From Lewinellaceae bacterium (GTDB lineage: Bacteria > Bacteroidota > Bacteroidia > Chitinophagales > Saprospiraceae), in NCBI GenBank assembly GCA_020636025.1, contig JACJYQ010000001.1, positions 417,163 to 481,162 of the forward strand: a stretch of 64,000 nt of DNA. The letters run 5' to 3'. Shown here one piece after another: positions 47,597 through 56,066 of the stretch. How positions within the stretch are numbered: the first letter of the stretch is position 1; each line of letters begins with the position of its first letter. Both the position numbers and the translations under genes were made by a program. The notes beneath the pieces were generated by a model. It ran no database searches, was not told the DNA's origin, and was given only the letters and a program-made list of their open reading frames with translations.

Positions 47597-47643
47597 GTAT
47601 TGATTTGCTTTTAAATTTAGGTGAAAGTGAGTTCTATTTGATT

Positions 47644-50559
47644 TTATTCGATTAGGAGTTCTGTTTCTGAGCTTTGCTTGCCTTTTTTCAAAACAAAGGT
47701 ATAATTACCTTTCCTCAGGTAGGTATGACCTGTGTCAGCTTTCTCCAGCACAAACGCGCGTTTGGTATCTTTTTGTGCCACCTGAAGTAATTCCTTATAC
47801 TTTTTTAGCTCAGATTCTTTGACGTCCAGGTGATAAACAAAGTGGTTCATTCCCCGAACAGCCTGTACGGTGCCGGTGTTCAATTGGTGTCCACTTTCTT
47901 TGTGTTTCACGGTCCAGATTACCGGTCCAGGCTCGGAAGTATAGAAATCAACACCCATTTCCGGGTCCTTGAGTTCCTGATATGGCTGTTTGCTTCCCCA
48001 ATTTTTGCGGTACTTTCTGCTTGCAAGGTCAAACAGATGGATTGTGGAAGCCAAAACGGCTGAATCCAGCTCCTGAATATGACCAACATAAGCCTTAAAC
48101 ATGGATCTGCCATGTGTGCCAATAACAAGCTCTTTGGCTTTAGCTTGTACTTCCAGGTCATGCACGGGCACATCTGGAAAATCAGCATTAAGCGTTTCAA
48201 ATGTTTGTCCGCGATCAAGTGATACATATACGTTATGGTCTGTGCCTACGTAAAGCACATTCGGGTTGGCAGGGTCTTCTCGCACTACATTGATGGGCTC
48301 AGCGGGCAAATTCTGCCCAATTTTTTTCCAATTCTGACCATAATCTTCAGAAGTAAATAAATAGGCGTTGAAATCGTCCCAACGATACCCGTTCAAACTC
48401 AGATAAACCCTGCTTTTTACATGAGATGAGGCTTCAACCCGGGAAACCCAGAGGTCTTGTGGTAAAGCATCAGAAATTCGTGTCCAGCTTGCACCACCGT
48501 CCTTGGTAACATGCAGTAATCCATCGTCGGAACCAGCATATAGCAGCCCAAAGGTTATGGGGCTTTCATGAATACTGGTAAGCGTACCATAAGGAACATT
48601 GCCTGCTTTGCCGCCCTTTGTGAGGTCGCCGGAAATGGCTTCCCAGTCATCTCCCTGATTGAATGAGCGGTACAACCTGTTCGCACCTAAATACAGAATG
48701 TCCTGCTGGTGTCTACTGAGCCAAATAGGTGTTTGCCAGTTGAATCTCAAAGGTCTCTCTCCCAGATCGTGTTTGGGGGTGATATAGACTTGTCTTCCTC
48801 CTGATTTGTTTTTCCGGAAATAGTTTCCAAACTGAAACCCGGTGTACACTGTACTGTTGTCGCGACGATCAACCTGAATTTGCATGCCATCGCCTCCTAA
48901 AACAAATTTGTAAGGATAATCACCTCTCTGATGCCAGGAGTCGGAAGCTTCAAAATCCGAAGGGCCGACCCAAACACCGTTGTCCTGAGCACCTCCATAT
49001 ACGTTGTAAGGCTCAGCATCATCAGTTGTGATGGCGTAAAACTGACCTACTGCCGGACTGTTGCATTTCATCCACGATTCGCCATTGTCCCAGGAAATAT
49101 TAAGCCCGCCATCGTTGCCATTTACCAAATGCCCGGGAGCAGAAGGATCTAACCACAAAGCATGATGGTCTACGTGTACGTTTTCGCCATTTATGTTTTT
49201 CCAGGTCTTCCCACCGTCTTCAGAACGAATGATGTAATAACCGATCATATAAACCTGATCAGCATTGTCGGGCATGCATCGAACGTTTGAAAAGTAGTAT
49301 CCGTAGGTATAGAACATTTGTTCCAAAGGTTCATCGTGGGTCTTGCTCCATGATTTTCCACCGTCTTCACTGCGGTAAAGTTCTGCTCCTATGAAATCGG
49401 TATCAAATAAGTTACTATTCGCATCTTCCAGGTATTCCGTTAGGGCTACTGGTTTTATCTCCCCTTTTTCAACCATGGATTTTACCTTTTTTGCAGAATA
49501 TTTTTCAGGAAACCCGTTGTCTTTCAGATAATTACCAAGCTTATCGTCAGATAATTTCAGGAACTCATCTTTGCTGATATTACGGAACTGATCTTTGGTG
49601 AGTGCTTCATTTTCTTTAGGAGTGTCCTTTGCTGGTTTTGAATTTTGATTGTCCAGACTTGCATAAAGCACCGTTTTCCCATTCTGTTTACCAATAGCGA
49701 GCCCGATCCTGCCAATTTTTGCTCCGGTTGGGAATCCGCTATTTTCAGAACTTGATTTATCCCAGGTATTGCCCCCATCTACACTTTTCCAAATGCCGGA
49801 ACCTTCTCCGGCGCCGATGAAGTCCCAGGCATAACGTTTGCGTTCCCAGCTGGCCGCGTACAAAATATTGGGATCGTCAGGATCAATAACCAGGTCAATT
49901 GCACCACTGAAGTTGTCTACAAAAAGGGTTTGGGTCCAGCTTTTTCCGCCATCAGTGCTTTTGTACACTCCGCGCTCTTCATTTGGAGAGTACAAGTGCC
50001 CAAGTACTGCCACCCAGAGAGTATTGGTATCTGTTGGGTGCAGCACAATTCTGGAAATATGATGACTTTCCAGCAATCCAAGATGATCCCAGGTTTTGCC
50101 GCCGTCGTTGCTTCGGTAAATTCCAGTGCCGGCATAAGAGGAGCGGCTGCTGTTTGACTCACCAGTGCCTACCCAAATGAGGCCGTTTTTCCAATCAACC
50201 GCAATATCTCCAATGGTCATGCTTGCTTCGTGGTCAAAAACAGGTTGGAACCGGGTACCATTGTTATGGCTGTACCAGAGTCCTCCGGAGGCATAGGCCA
50301 CGTACATTTCAGATGGGTCTGCAGGATTTACATCTACATCAGTGACCCGGCACGAAAAAATGCTTGGGCCAATGTTTTCAGCTTTTATGGAAGAAAGGAT
50401 GGATGCTTTTTTTAAGGCAGTCCGCTGTTCAAAGCCATTCATGCGTTCAGCAGCTGGACTGGAAGCAGGTTGGGCAAAAACAGCATTATGGAAAAGTAAC
50501 AGGCTGAGGGTCAGGGAGAAAAGCAGCAAATGTGTTTGCCGGATATTGATCTTCCGCAT
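47644..50559 (-). CDS. Secreted BNR/Asp-box repeat (sortilin/VPS10-like double propeller) protein
   Basis: Repeated S-x-D-G-G-x-(T/S)-W boxes (SNDGGKTW, STDGGKSW, SVDGGNTW, SEDGGKSW, SEDGGKTW, TKDGGASW). ATG 50559 (MRKINIRQTHLLLFSL..) is preferred over the tracked TTG 50565. Confidence 0.8.
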   Translation of the reverse strand: MRKINIRQTHLLLFSLTLSLLLFHNAVFAQPASSPAAERMNGFEQRTALKKASILSSIKAENIGPSIFSCRVTDVDVNPADPSEMYVAYASGGLWYSHNNGTRFQPVFDHEASMTIGDIAVDWKNGLIWVGTGESNSSRSSYAGTGIYRSNDGGKTWDHLGLLESHHISRIVLHPTDTNTLWVAVLGHLYSPNEERGVYKSTDGGKSWTQTLFVDNFSGAIDLVIDPDDPNILYAASWERKRYAWDFIGAGEGSGIWKSVDGGNTWDKSSSENSGFPTGAKIGRIGLAIGKQNGKTVLYASLDNQNSKPAKDTPKENEALTKDQFRNISKDEFLKLSDDKLGNYLKDNGFPEKYSAKKVKSMVEKGEIKPVALTEYLEDANSNLFDTDFIGAELYRSEDGGKSWSKTHDEPLEQMFYTYGYYFSNVRCMPDNADQVYMIGYYIIRSEDGGKTWKNINGENVHVDHHALWLDPSAPGHLVNGNDGGLNISWDNGESWMKCNSPAVGQFYAITTDDAEPYNVYGGAQDNGVWVGPSDFEASDSWHQRGDYPYKFVLGGDGMQIQVDRRDNSTVYTGFQFGNYFRKNKSGGRQVYITPKHDLGERPLRFNWQTPIWLSRHQQDILYLGANRLYRSFNQGDDWEAISGDLTKGGKAGNVPYGTLTSIHESPITFGLLYAGSDDGLLHVTKDGGASWTRISDALPQDLWVSRVEASSHVKSRVYLSLNGYRWDDFNAYLFTSEDYGQNWKKIGQNLPAEPINVVREDPANPNVLYVGTDHNVYVSLDRGQTFETLNADFPDVPVHDLEVQAKAKELVIGTHGRSMFKAYVGHIQELDSAVLASTIHLFDLASRKYRKNWGSKQPYQELKDPEMGVDFYTSEPGPVIWTVKHKESGHQLNTGTVQAVRGMNHFVYHLDVKESELKKYKELLQVAQKDTKRAFVLEKADTGHTYLRKGNYTFVLKKGKQSSETELLIE

Positions 50560-50610
50560 TGTCAATTAAAATTTTGCGGGAAGATACGGAGGAACAAGCT
50601 TTTGCACTCA

Positions 50611-51198
50611 CTAACTGCTAAAGGCCCGGTCTCCTTTTTTATAATCGATGGTTTCATATCTGCCTGGATATTCCACAAATCGGAGTGCCTGGGTCGCTCC
50701 AATCTCGGATGTGAAATAAGCCCAGAGGACAAGATCTTTCATGGCTCTGAAATAGTGGTTGCCAGTTGGTCTGTTTTTATCCTCATAAAATGCTTTTTGC
50801 TCATCATCCAGTTTTACGAGCAAATCATGCTTTTGCAATTTCGAGCAACGCATAAAAGTTTTTCGATTTGCTTTTTTGCATGCCTGATCAAGTGTTGTCA
50901 GTCCATCCAAAAAGTTCTGCTGTCCTTCGGCATCGTAACAATCGCTTATAACCACGGCAATGAATTGACCGGCTTTGGCGGCTTTAGCGCCGGGCGTATC
51001 TGTGGTAGGTATGATGGTGTCTGCTACTTCATTGATGAGCTTAATTTGGGCTTTACTGAAAATGCCAATGCCTTCCTCATCAATGACGTCACTATCCATG
51101 GCCTCCCAATGGATGTTTTTTGCCAGCAATGAATCGGCTCCTGCCAGGGTGCCTCCGATCATTAATGCGCTTTTCTGAAGTAATTCTCGTCTGTTCAT
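50611..51198 (-). CDS. Gluconate 2-dehydrogenase subunit-3-family small subunit with twin-arginine signal (second copy)
   Basis: MNRRELLQKSALMIGGTLAG Tat-type signal, 195 aa, directly downstream of the GMC gene. Confidence 0.75.
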   Translation of the reverse strand: MNRRELLQKSALMIGGTLAGADSLLAKNIHWEAMDSDVIDEEGIGIFSKAQIKLINEVADTIIPTTDTPGAKAAKAGQFIAVVISDCYDAEGQQNFLDGLTTLDQACKKANRKTFMRCSKLQKHDLLVKLDDEQKAFYEDKNRPTGNHYFRAMKDLVLWAYFTSEIGATQALRFVEYPGRYETIDYKKGDRAFSS

Positions 51199-51245
51199 GC
51201 TTAACTATTTATGCGTTTTGGAGACTGAATGTTTATAAATCGGAG

Positions 51246-52922
51246 TTACAGGTTCCCTTTTTTTAATTCTTCAACGGCATGATTAGCGGCCCTGGCCGTT
51301 AGCGCCATGAATGTAAGTGAAGGATTTACACAGGAAATGGAAGTCATACAAGACCCATCTGTAACAAATACATTGGGAACCTCATGCATTTGGTTCCACT
51401 TGTTCAACACCGAGGTTTTGGGATCCTTGCCCATCCTGGCGGTGCCCATTTCATGTATGGCCATTCCCGGGAATGAGCCGCTGTCGTAGGTGTTTACATT
51501 TTTAATACCGCTTGCTTCCAGCATTTCGGCTGCATCATTCATCATATCCTGACGCATTTTTTGCTCATTTTCTTTTAACTCACAATCAATGGACAACACA
51601 TACTGACCCCATTTATCCTTTTTGGTTTTGTCAATGGTAACCTTGTTTTCCTGATAAGGAAGCATTTCACCAAAGCCGGTCAATCCAATTGACCATTTAC
51701 CCGGTTCAGTTAGTTCCGTTTTGAGTTCTGCTCCAATGCTTAATTCAGCCACATTTCGCGACCAGCCGGAACGTCCTGCTCCACCCTGATAACCAAAGCC
51801 ACGCAAGTAATCTCTTTTATCCCCGAACAGATTTCGGTAACGAGGAATGTAAATGCCGTTTGCGCGTCTTCCGTAATAGTATTTGTCCTCATATCCTTCC
51901 ACTTCTCCGGATGCGCCGCAGCGAAAATGGTGATCCATCAGGTTTTTTCCCAGCTGACCACTGCCATTGCCCAGCCCGTCTGGAAGGCCGCCCATTTCGA
52001 TGGAGTTCAACAGCAAAAAGGTAGAGCCCAGGGTGGAACCACAAACAAAAATAACTTTCGCCTGGTAATTCCTGGTCTCCATGGTTTCAGCGTCGATTAC
52101 CATGACGCCTTTGGCGCGTTTTCTGTTTTTGTCATATAATATTTGGCTTACGATAGAGTAGGGGCGGAGGGTAAGATTTCCTGTTGCCGCAGCAGCTGGC
52201 AAAGTGGAAGATTGAGTACTGAAGTATGCTCCAAACGGACATCCACGGCTACATAGGTCGCGATATTGGCAGGATCCACGTCCATTATGGGGTTGTGTTA
52301 AATTGGCTGAGCGACCGATGATCATGCGTCGATGTTCGTATTTTTGCTTGATGCGAGCAGCGACATCTTTTTCAACGATGTTCATATTCATGGGCGGAAG
52401 AAATTTCCCATCCGGCAATTGTGGCAAGCCTTCCAATGAGCCAGAAATCCCTGCAAAAGTTTCTACGTAATCATACCAGGGCGCAATTTCCTCGTACCTG
52501 ATCGGCCAGTCAACGCCGTAACCGTCTTTCACATTGCTTTCAAAATCCATGGGGCTCCAACGGTAACTCTGCCGTCCCCAGGTGAGTGATTTCCCACCAA
52601 CCTGAAAACCGCGGTACCAATCGAAGCGCTTCACTTCAGTATATGGACAATCGAGATCGTTTACCCACCAATCCTGATTAAATTCGGAATAAGGATAATC
52701 CCTTTTTTGGACCGGGTGGTTTGCCTTCATTTCCTGTGTTAACCAGCCTCTGTGCGGAAAATCCCACCGTTTTGTCGTGGCAGTTTTATAGTCGGTAACG
52801 TGTTTTACATCCATTCCGCGTTCGAGCAAAAGGACTTTCATGCCCTTCTCTGTCAGTTCTTTTGCCGCCCATCCACCGGAAATGCCGGAGCCTACAACAA
52901 TAGCATCGAAAAGTTCTTCCAT
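51246..52922 (-). CDS. GMC-family FAD-dependent oxidoreductase (second copy)
   Basis: FDAIVVGSGISGGWAAKEL and C-terminal HEMGTARMGKD...FVTDGS. ATG 52922 (MEELFD..) is preferred over the tracked TTG 52931. Confidence 0.85.
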   Translation of the reverse strand: MEELFDAIVVGSGISGGWAAKELTEKGMKVLLLERGMDVKHVTDYKTATTKRWDFPHRGWLTQEMKANHPVQKRDYPYSEFNQDWWVNDLDCPYTEVKRFDWYRGFQVGGKSLTWGRQSYRWSPMDFESNVKDGYGVDWPIRYEEIAPWYDYVETFAGISGSLEGLPQLPDGKFLPPMNMNIVEKDVAARIKQKYEHRRMIIGRSANLTQPHNGRGSCQYRDLCSRGCPFGAYFSTQSSTLPAAAATGNLTLRPYSIVSQILYDKNRKRAKGVMVIDAETMETRNYQAKVIFVCGSTLGSTFLLLNSIEMGGLPDGLGNGSGQLGKNLMDHHFRCGASGEVEGYEDKYYYGRRANGIYIPRYRNLFGDKRDYLRGFGYQGGAGRSGWSRNVAELSIGAELKTELTEPGKWSIGLTGFGEMLPYQENKVTIDKTKKDKWGQYVLSIDCELKENEQKMRQDMMNDAAEMLEASGIKNVNTYDSGSFPGMAIHEMGTARMGKDPKTSVLNKWNQMHEVPNVFVTDGSCMTSISCVNPSLTFMALTARAANHAVEELKKGNL

Positions 52923-52944
52923 AATAAACAAGTTGGTGGGTTTA

Positions 52945-52976
52945 TATCAATGTATCAATGTATCAATGTACCAATG
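52945..52976. repeat. Octamer tandem array TATCAATG x3 + TACCAATG
   Basis: Read directly. It lies between the TIM-barrel gene stop (52985-87) and the GMC start (52922). Confidence 0.9.
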
Positions 52977-52984
52977 CGAAATGC

Positions 52985-53857
52985 TTAGACGTCGCAGATA
53001 TCAATGGATTTGGCCAGAGAGCCAAGTGGATCTGCGGCTTTTGGAATAAATTCCTGTGCTACATACCCTTTAAATCCGGTATTGACTATCGCTTTCATGA
53101 TGGCTGGGTAATACAATTCCTGATTTTCATCTATTTCATTCCTTCCGGGAACACCTGCCGTGTGATAATGTCCAAACCATTGATGGTTGTTCTGAATGGT
53201 TCGAATGACATCTCCTTCATTGATTTGCATGTGGTAGATGTCATACAGAATTTTGAAATTATCAGTATCCAGTCTTTTACACAGTTCAATTGTCCAAGGG
53301 GTGTTATCTGCCATGTAATCCTTGTGATCAACTTTAGAATTGAAAACCTCCATTTGTAGGGTAACGCCATTTTTTTCAGCGAGACCTAAAATTCGCTTTA
53401 ATCCTTTTACGCAGTTTTGTAGCCCTGTTTCATCATCCATTCCCCGGCGGTTTCCACTAAACAGAATAAGATTTGTATATCCTGCTTTTGCCACCAATGG
53501 AATCATTTCAGAATAATTGTCAACCAATTTGTCGTGAAATGTTGGATTGTTCCAGCCATCAACCAGATTTAATTCTGCTCCGTTGCACATGGAGGAGTCT
53601 AAACCATATCGCTTAAGCGTTTCCCAGTCGTCAGGGCCCACAAGGTCAATGGCTGACAAACCGATCTGTTTGCCAAAAACACAAAGTTCTTCTAGTGGTG
53701 TAGAAGAAAAGCACCAGCGGCAAACTGAATGGCGGATATTCCCGTTTCGTTTACCTGGTTGAATGAAATTGGAAAAGTTACCTGCGTTTAATGAGCCACT
53801 TCCTAAAGCAGCTGCACCCAATAATATGGACTTGAGGGTCTTACGACGGGTAACCAT
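52985..53857 (-). CDS. Tat-exported xylose-isomerase-like TIM-barrel protein (hydroxypyruvate isomerase / sugar-phosphate isomerase-epimerase family)
   Basis: ATG 53857 gives MVTRRKTLKSILLGAAALGSGS (twin-arginine). The C-terminal block GHYHTAGVPGRNEIDENQELYYPAIMKAIVNTGFKGYVAQEFIP resembles Hyi-type proteins. Confidence 0.75.
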   Translation of the reverse strand: MVTRRKTLKSILLGAAALGSGSLNAGNFSNFIQPGKRNGNIRHSVCRWCFSSTPLEELCVFGKQIGLSAIDLVGPDDWETLKRYGLDSSMCNGAELNLVDGWNNPTFHDKLVDNYSEMIPLVAKAGYTNLILFSGNRRGMDDETGLQNCVKGLKRILGLAEKNGVTLQMEVFNSKVDHKDYMADNTPWTIELCKRLDTDNFKILYDIYHMQINEGDVIRTIQNNHQWFGHYHTAGVPGRNEIDENQELYYPAIMKAIVNTGFKGYVAQEFIPKAADPLGSLAKSIDICDV

Positions 53858-53932
53858 GGCGGGAGTAGATTTGGTAATACGCAAATGTATACACGCATTG
53901 CATATTTCCAAAACAAGTTTACCCAAAGGAAG

Positions 53933-53968
53933 AATTAGCTAATTGGCTAATTAGCCAATTAGCTAATT
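53933..53968. repeat. Perfect 36-bp palindrome made of 8-mers AATTAGCT AATTGGCT AATTAGCC AATTAGCT AATT
   Basis: Reverse complement checked by hand and identical to itself. It begins 3 nt after the prfB stop (53972-74, minus strand). Confidence 0.9.
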
Positions 53969-53971
53969 CAA

Positions 53972-55082
53972 TTAATCTACTTCTTCAACGATACCTGTCG
54001 GGTTGCGTTCCCACATGAGGTAGGCTTTTAAAAACTCCTGGAGATCGCCGTCAAGTACTGTGTCGGGATTGTGTACTTTGTATCCAGATCGAAGATCTTT
54101 CACCCACCGGTCGTCCAATACATAAGAACGTATCTGACTTCCCCATTCGATTTTGCTTTTTCCTGCCTCTATCTTGTCCTGCTCAGCTTGTCTTTTTCTG
54201 AGCTCCAGTTGATACAAGCGGCTTTTTAGCATGGTCATTGCCGTGTCTCTATTCCTGTGCTGACTGCGGTCTGCCTGACATTCTGCAACGATGCCGGTAG
54301 GTATGTGCGTAACACGAACGGCCGATTCGGTTCTGTTTACGTGCTGTCCACCCGCACCAGAGGCGCGGAAAACATCCCATTTCAGGTCATCCGGATTGAT
54401 TTTAACTTCAATTTCATCATCCTCAATAAGTGGGTAGACAAAAACTGATGCAAATGAAGTCTGGCGTTTACCCTGGGCATTAAACGGGCTTACCCGTACC
54501 AGACGGTGTACTCCGTTTTCACCTTTCAGCCAACCATAGGCGAAATCGCCTCTTATTTCCAGGCTGGCAGATTTAATACCTGCCGCGTCGCCATCCTGTT
54601 CAAACAGGTCAACAACTTTGTAACCGGCTCTATCGGCATACATTCTATACATACGCAGCAACATAGATGCCCAGTCGCAGGCTTCTGTTCCACCTGCGCC
54701 AGCATTGATGGTAAGCACCGCGTTCATTTCATCCTCTTTTTGATTGAGGGTGCTTCGGAACTCTGCATCAGCGAGGATCTGTGCAGTTTTGTTGTATTGT
54801 TCATCAACTTCGGCTTCTGTGGCCATGCCCTCTTTTTGGAATTCAAAGATTCCTTCTGTATCGTCTACAGAGCGGGCCAGCTCTTCATAAGATTCTAGCC
54901 AATTTTTGTTGATGCCAAGCTTTTTTTGAATGGATTCGGCTCTTTTGGGGTCATTCCAGAATGCTGGGTCAAGTGTTTGACTTGACAGGTCTTCGACTTC
55001 TCTTTTTCGGTTATCGACGTCAAAGATACCTCCTTAAGACCGCCAGCTTATCCTTCAACTCTTTCAGTTGTTCGATTGTCAT
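53972..55082 (-). CDS. prfB: Peptide chain release factor 2, requires programmed +1 frameshift
   Basis: ATG 55082. Frame 0 reads MTIEQLKELKDKLAVLRRYL, then TGA at 55022-55020. The +1 frame continues DVDNRKREVEDLSSQTLDPAFWNDP... in frame with the tracked 284-aa ORF (55021-54826 = 195 nt). SPF (VSPFNAQ) and GGQ (SGAGGQHVN) motifs are present. Confidence 0.9.
55019..55037 (-). promoter_or_regulatory. RF2 autoregulatory +1 frameshift site
   Basis: Minus-strand sequence TTA AGG AGG TAT CTT TGA C. This is an internal SD-like AGGAGG, a 3-nt spacer, slippery CTT and an in-frame TGA followed by C. Confidence 0.9.
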
Positions 55083-55101
55083 GGAAACGGAAAAATTTTA
55101 A

Positions 55102-55136
55102 TGATCAGAGGTTAGTGATCAGTGATTAGTGGTTTA
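55102..55136. repeat. Heptamer tandem array TGATCAG AGGTTAG TGATCAG TGATTAG TGGTTTA (consensus TGRTYAG)
   Basis: Read directly. The last unit overlaps the FKBP gene stop codon (55134-36). The array ends 20 nt upstream of the prfB ATG. Confidence 0.8.
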
Positions 55137-55991
55137 GAATAATTCGATGTAGAATATCAGTTCGGAATTTGGGGGGATTAAGCCACCGGCTGCTTCCTGG
55201 TCGCCATACGCCAGGTTGCTGGGAATAAAGAAATACGCTTTACTTCCGTGGTTGAGCATCATGACTCCTTCATCAAATCCAGGAATCATTTGTCCTACAC
55301 CTGCAGGAAATGCCAGTGGGTGTCTGCGATCGAATGAATTGTCGAAACTGGTTCCATCAATCAGAAAACCGTAATAATGGACCTGGATCGGTTCATTTTC
55401 TTTGACCCTCGGGCCTTTGCCCATTTCGAGAAGCAGGACTTTGAGTCCGGTATGTGTAATGGCTAAATTGTCGTTTAGCTCTCCAGCCTTGTACTTTTCG
55501 ACCATTCGTTGTCCCAGGATCTTTTGGCCTTCGGCACGTGCTGCTGCATCGGCATCCTCCTCTGCTTTTTCTTCCAGGCTCACGATTTTAACCAGGGCGA
55601 TTTCAAAGCGAAGTTCTGTTTCCCTCTCTGTGCCTTTCGGTAAAAAACTGCGCATGGTACTGTCAACAGTCTGATAAATCGTCATTGAGTCACCAATGCC
55701 CATGAGCAGGGCTGCATCATAAATAGGTGGAAAATGTGAGATGCTTGCAGCCGCTGGTGGTATGTCGTATTTATAAGTACCACCCAGATTTTTTCTGGAA
55801 CTGCTCAGTACAGTATCTCCGATAAAAACATTTACATAGGCCTTTATGGATTCACCTCGTTGTGCTTTTTGTCCACCATTATTAATGTGATGAAAGTAGC
55901 GATATCCATGCTCACTAATTTGTTGTGTAGTCTGCGCCTTCAATGAAATTGAAAACAGAATAGTTCCGAAAATGAGGATGTTTTTCAACAT
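55134..55991 (-). CDS. FKBP-type peptidyl-prolyl cis-trans isomerase (secreted)
   Basis: ATG 55991 gives MLKNILIFGTILFSISLKAQ. C-terminal FKBP block VHYYGFLIDGTSFDNSFDRRHPLAFPAGVGQMIPGFDEGV...IPSNLAYG. Confidence 0.85.
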   Translation of the reverse strand: MLKNILIFGTILFSISLKAQTTQQISEHGYRYFHHINNGGQKAQRGESIKAYVNVFIGDTVLSSSRKNLGGTYKYDIPPAAASISHFPPIYDAALLMGIGDSMTIYQTVDSTMRSFLPKGTERETELRFEIALVKIVSLEEKAEEDADAAARAEGQKILGQRMVEKYKAGELNDNLAITHTGLKVLLLEMGKGPRVKENEPIQVHYYGFLIDGTSFDNSFDRRHPLAFPAGVGQMIPGFDEGVMMLNHGSKAYFFIPSNLAYGDQEAAGGLIPPNSELIFYIELF

Positions 55992-56010
55992 GGTACTAAA
56001 TTTTAAAGGC

Positions 56011-56054
56011 ATCAACCAGAGCAGAAGAATAAATGGCCTCCTGCTCTGGTTGAT
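56011..56054 (-). terminator. 14-bp-stem hairpin between the two FKBP genes
   Basis: ATCAACCAGAGCAG (56011-24) / CTGCTCTGGTTGAT (56041-54), perfect, with a 16-nt loop. It lies 13 nt downstream of the upstream FKBP stop. Confidence 0.55.
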
Positions 56055-56066
56055 AAGGTATTTGAA

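Noticed and set aside
50530-51132. 200-aa plus-strand ORF
   Set aside because: It is entirely antisense to the Tat small-subunit gene (50611-51198), has no recognisable motifs and has a hydrophobic junk-like composition. It is a shadow ORF.
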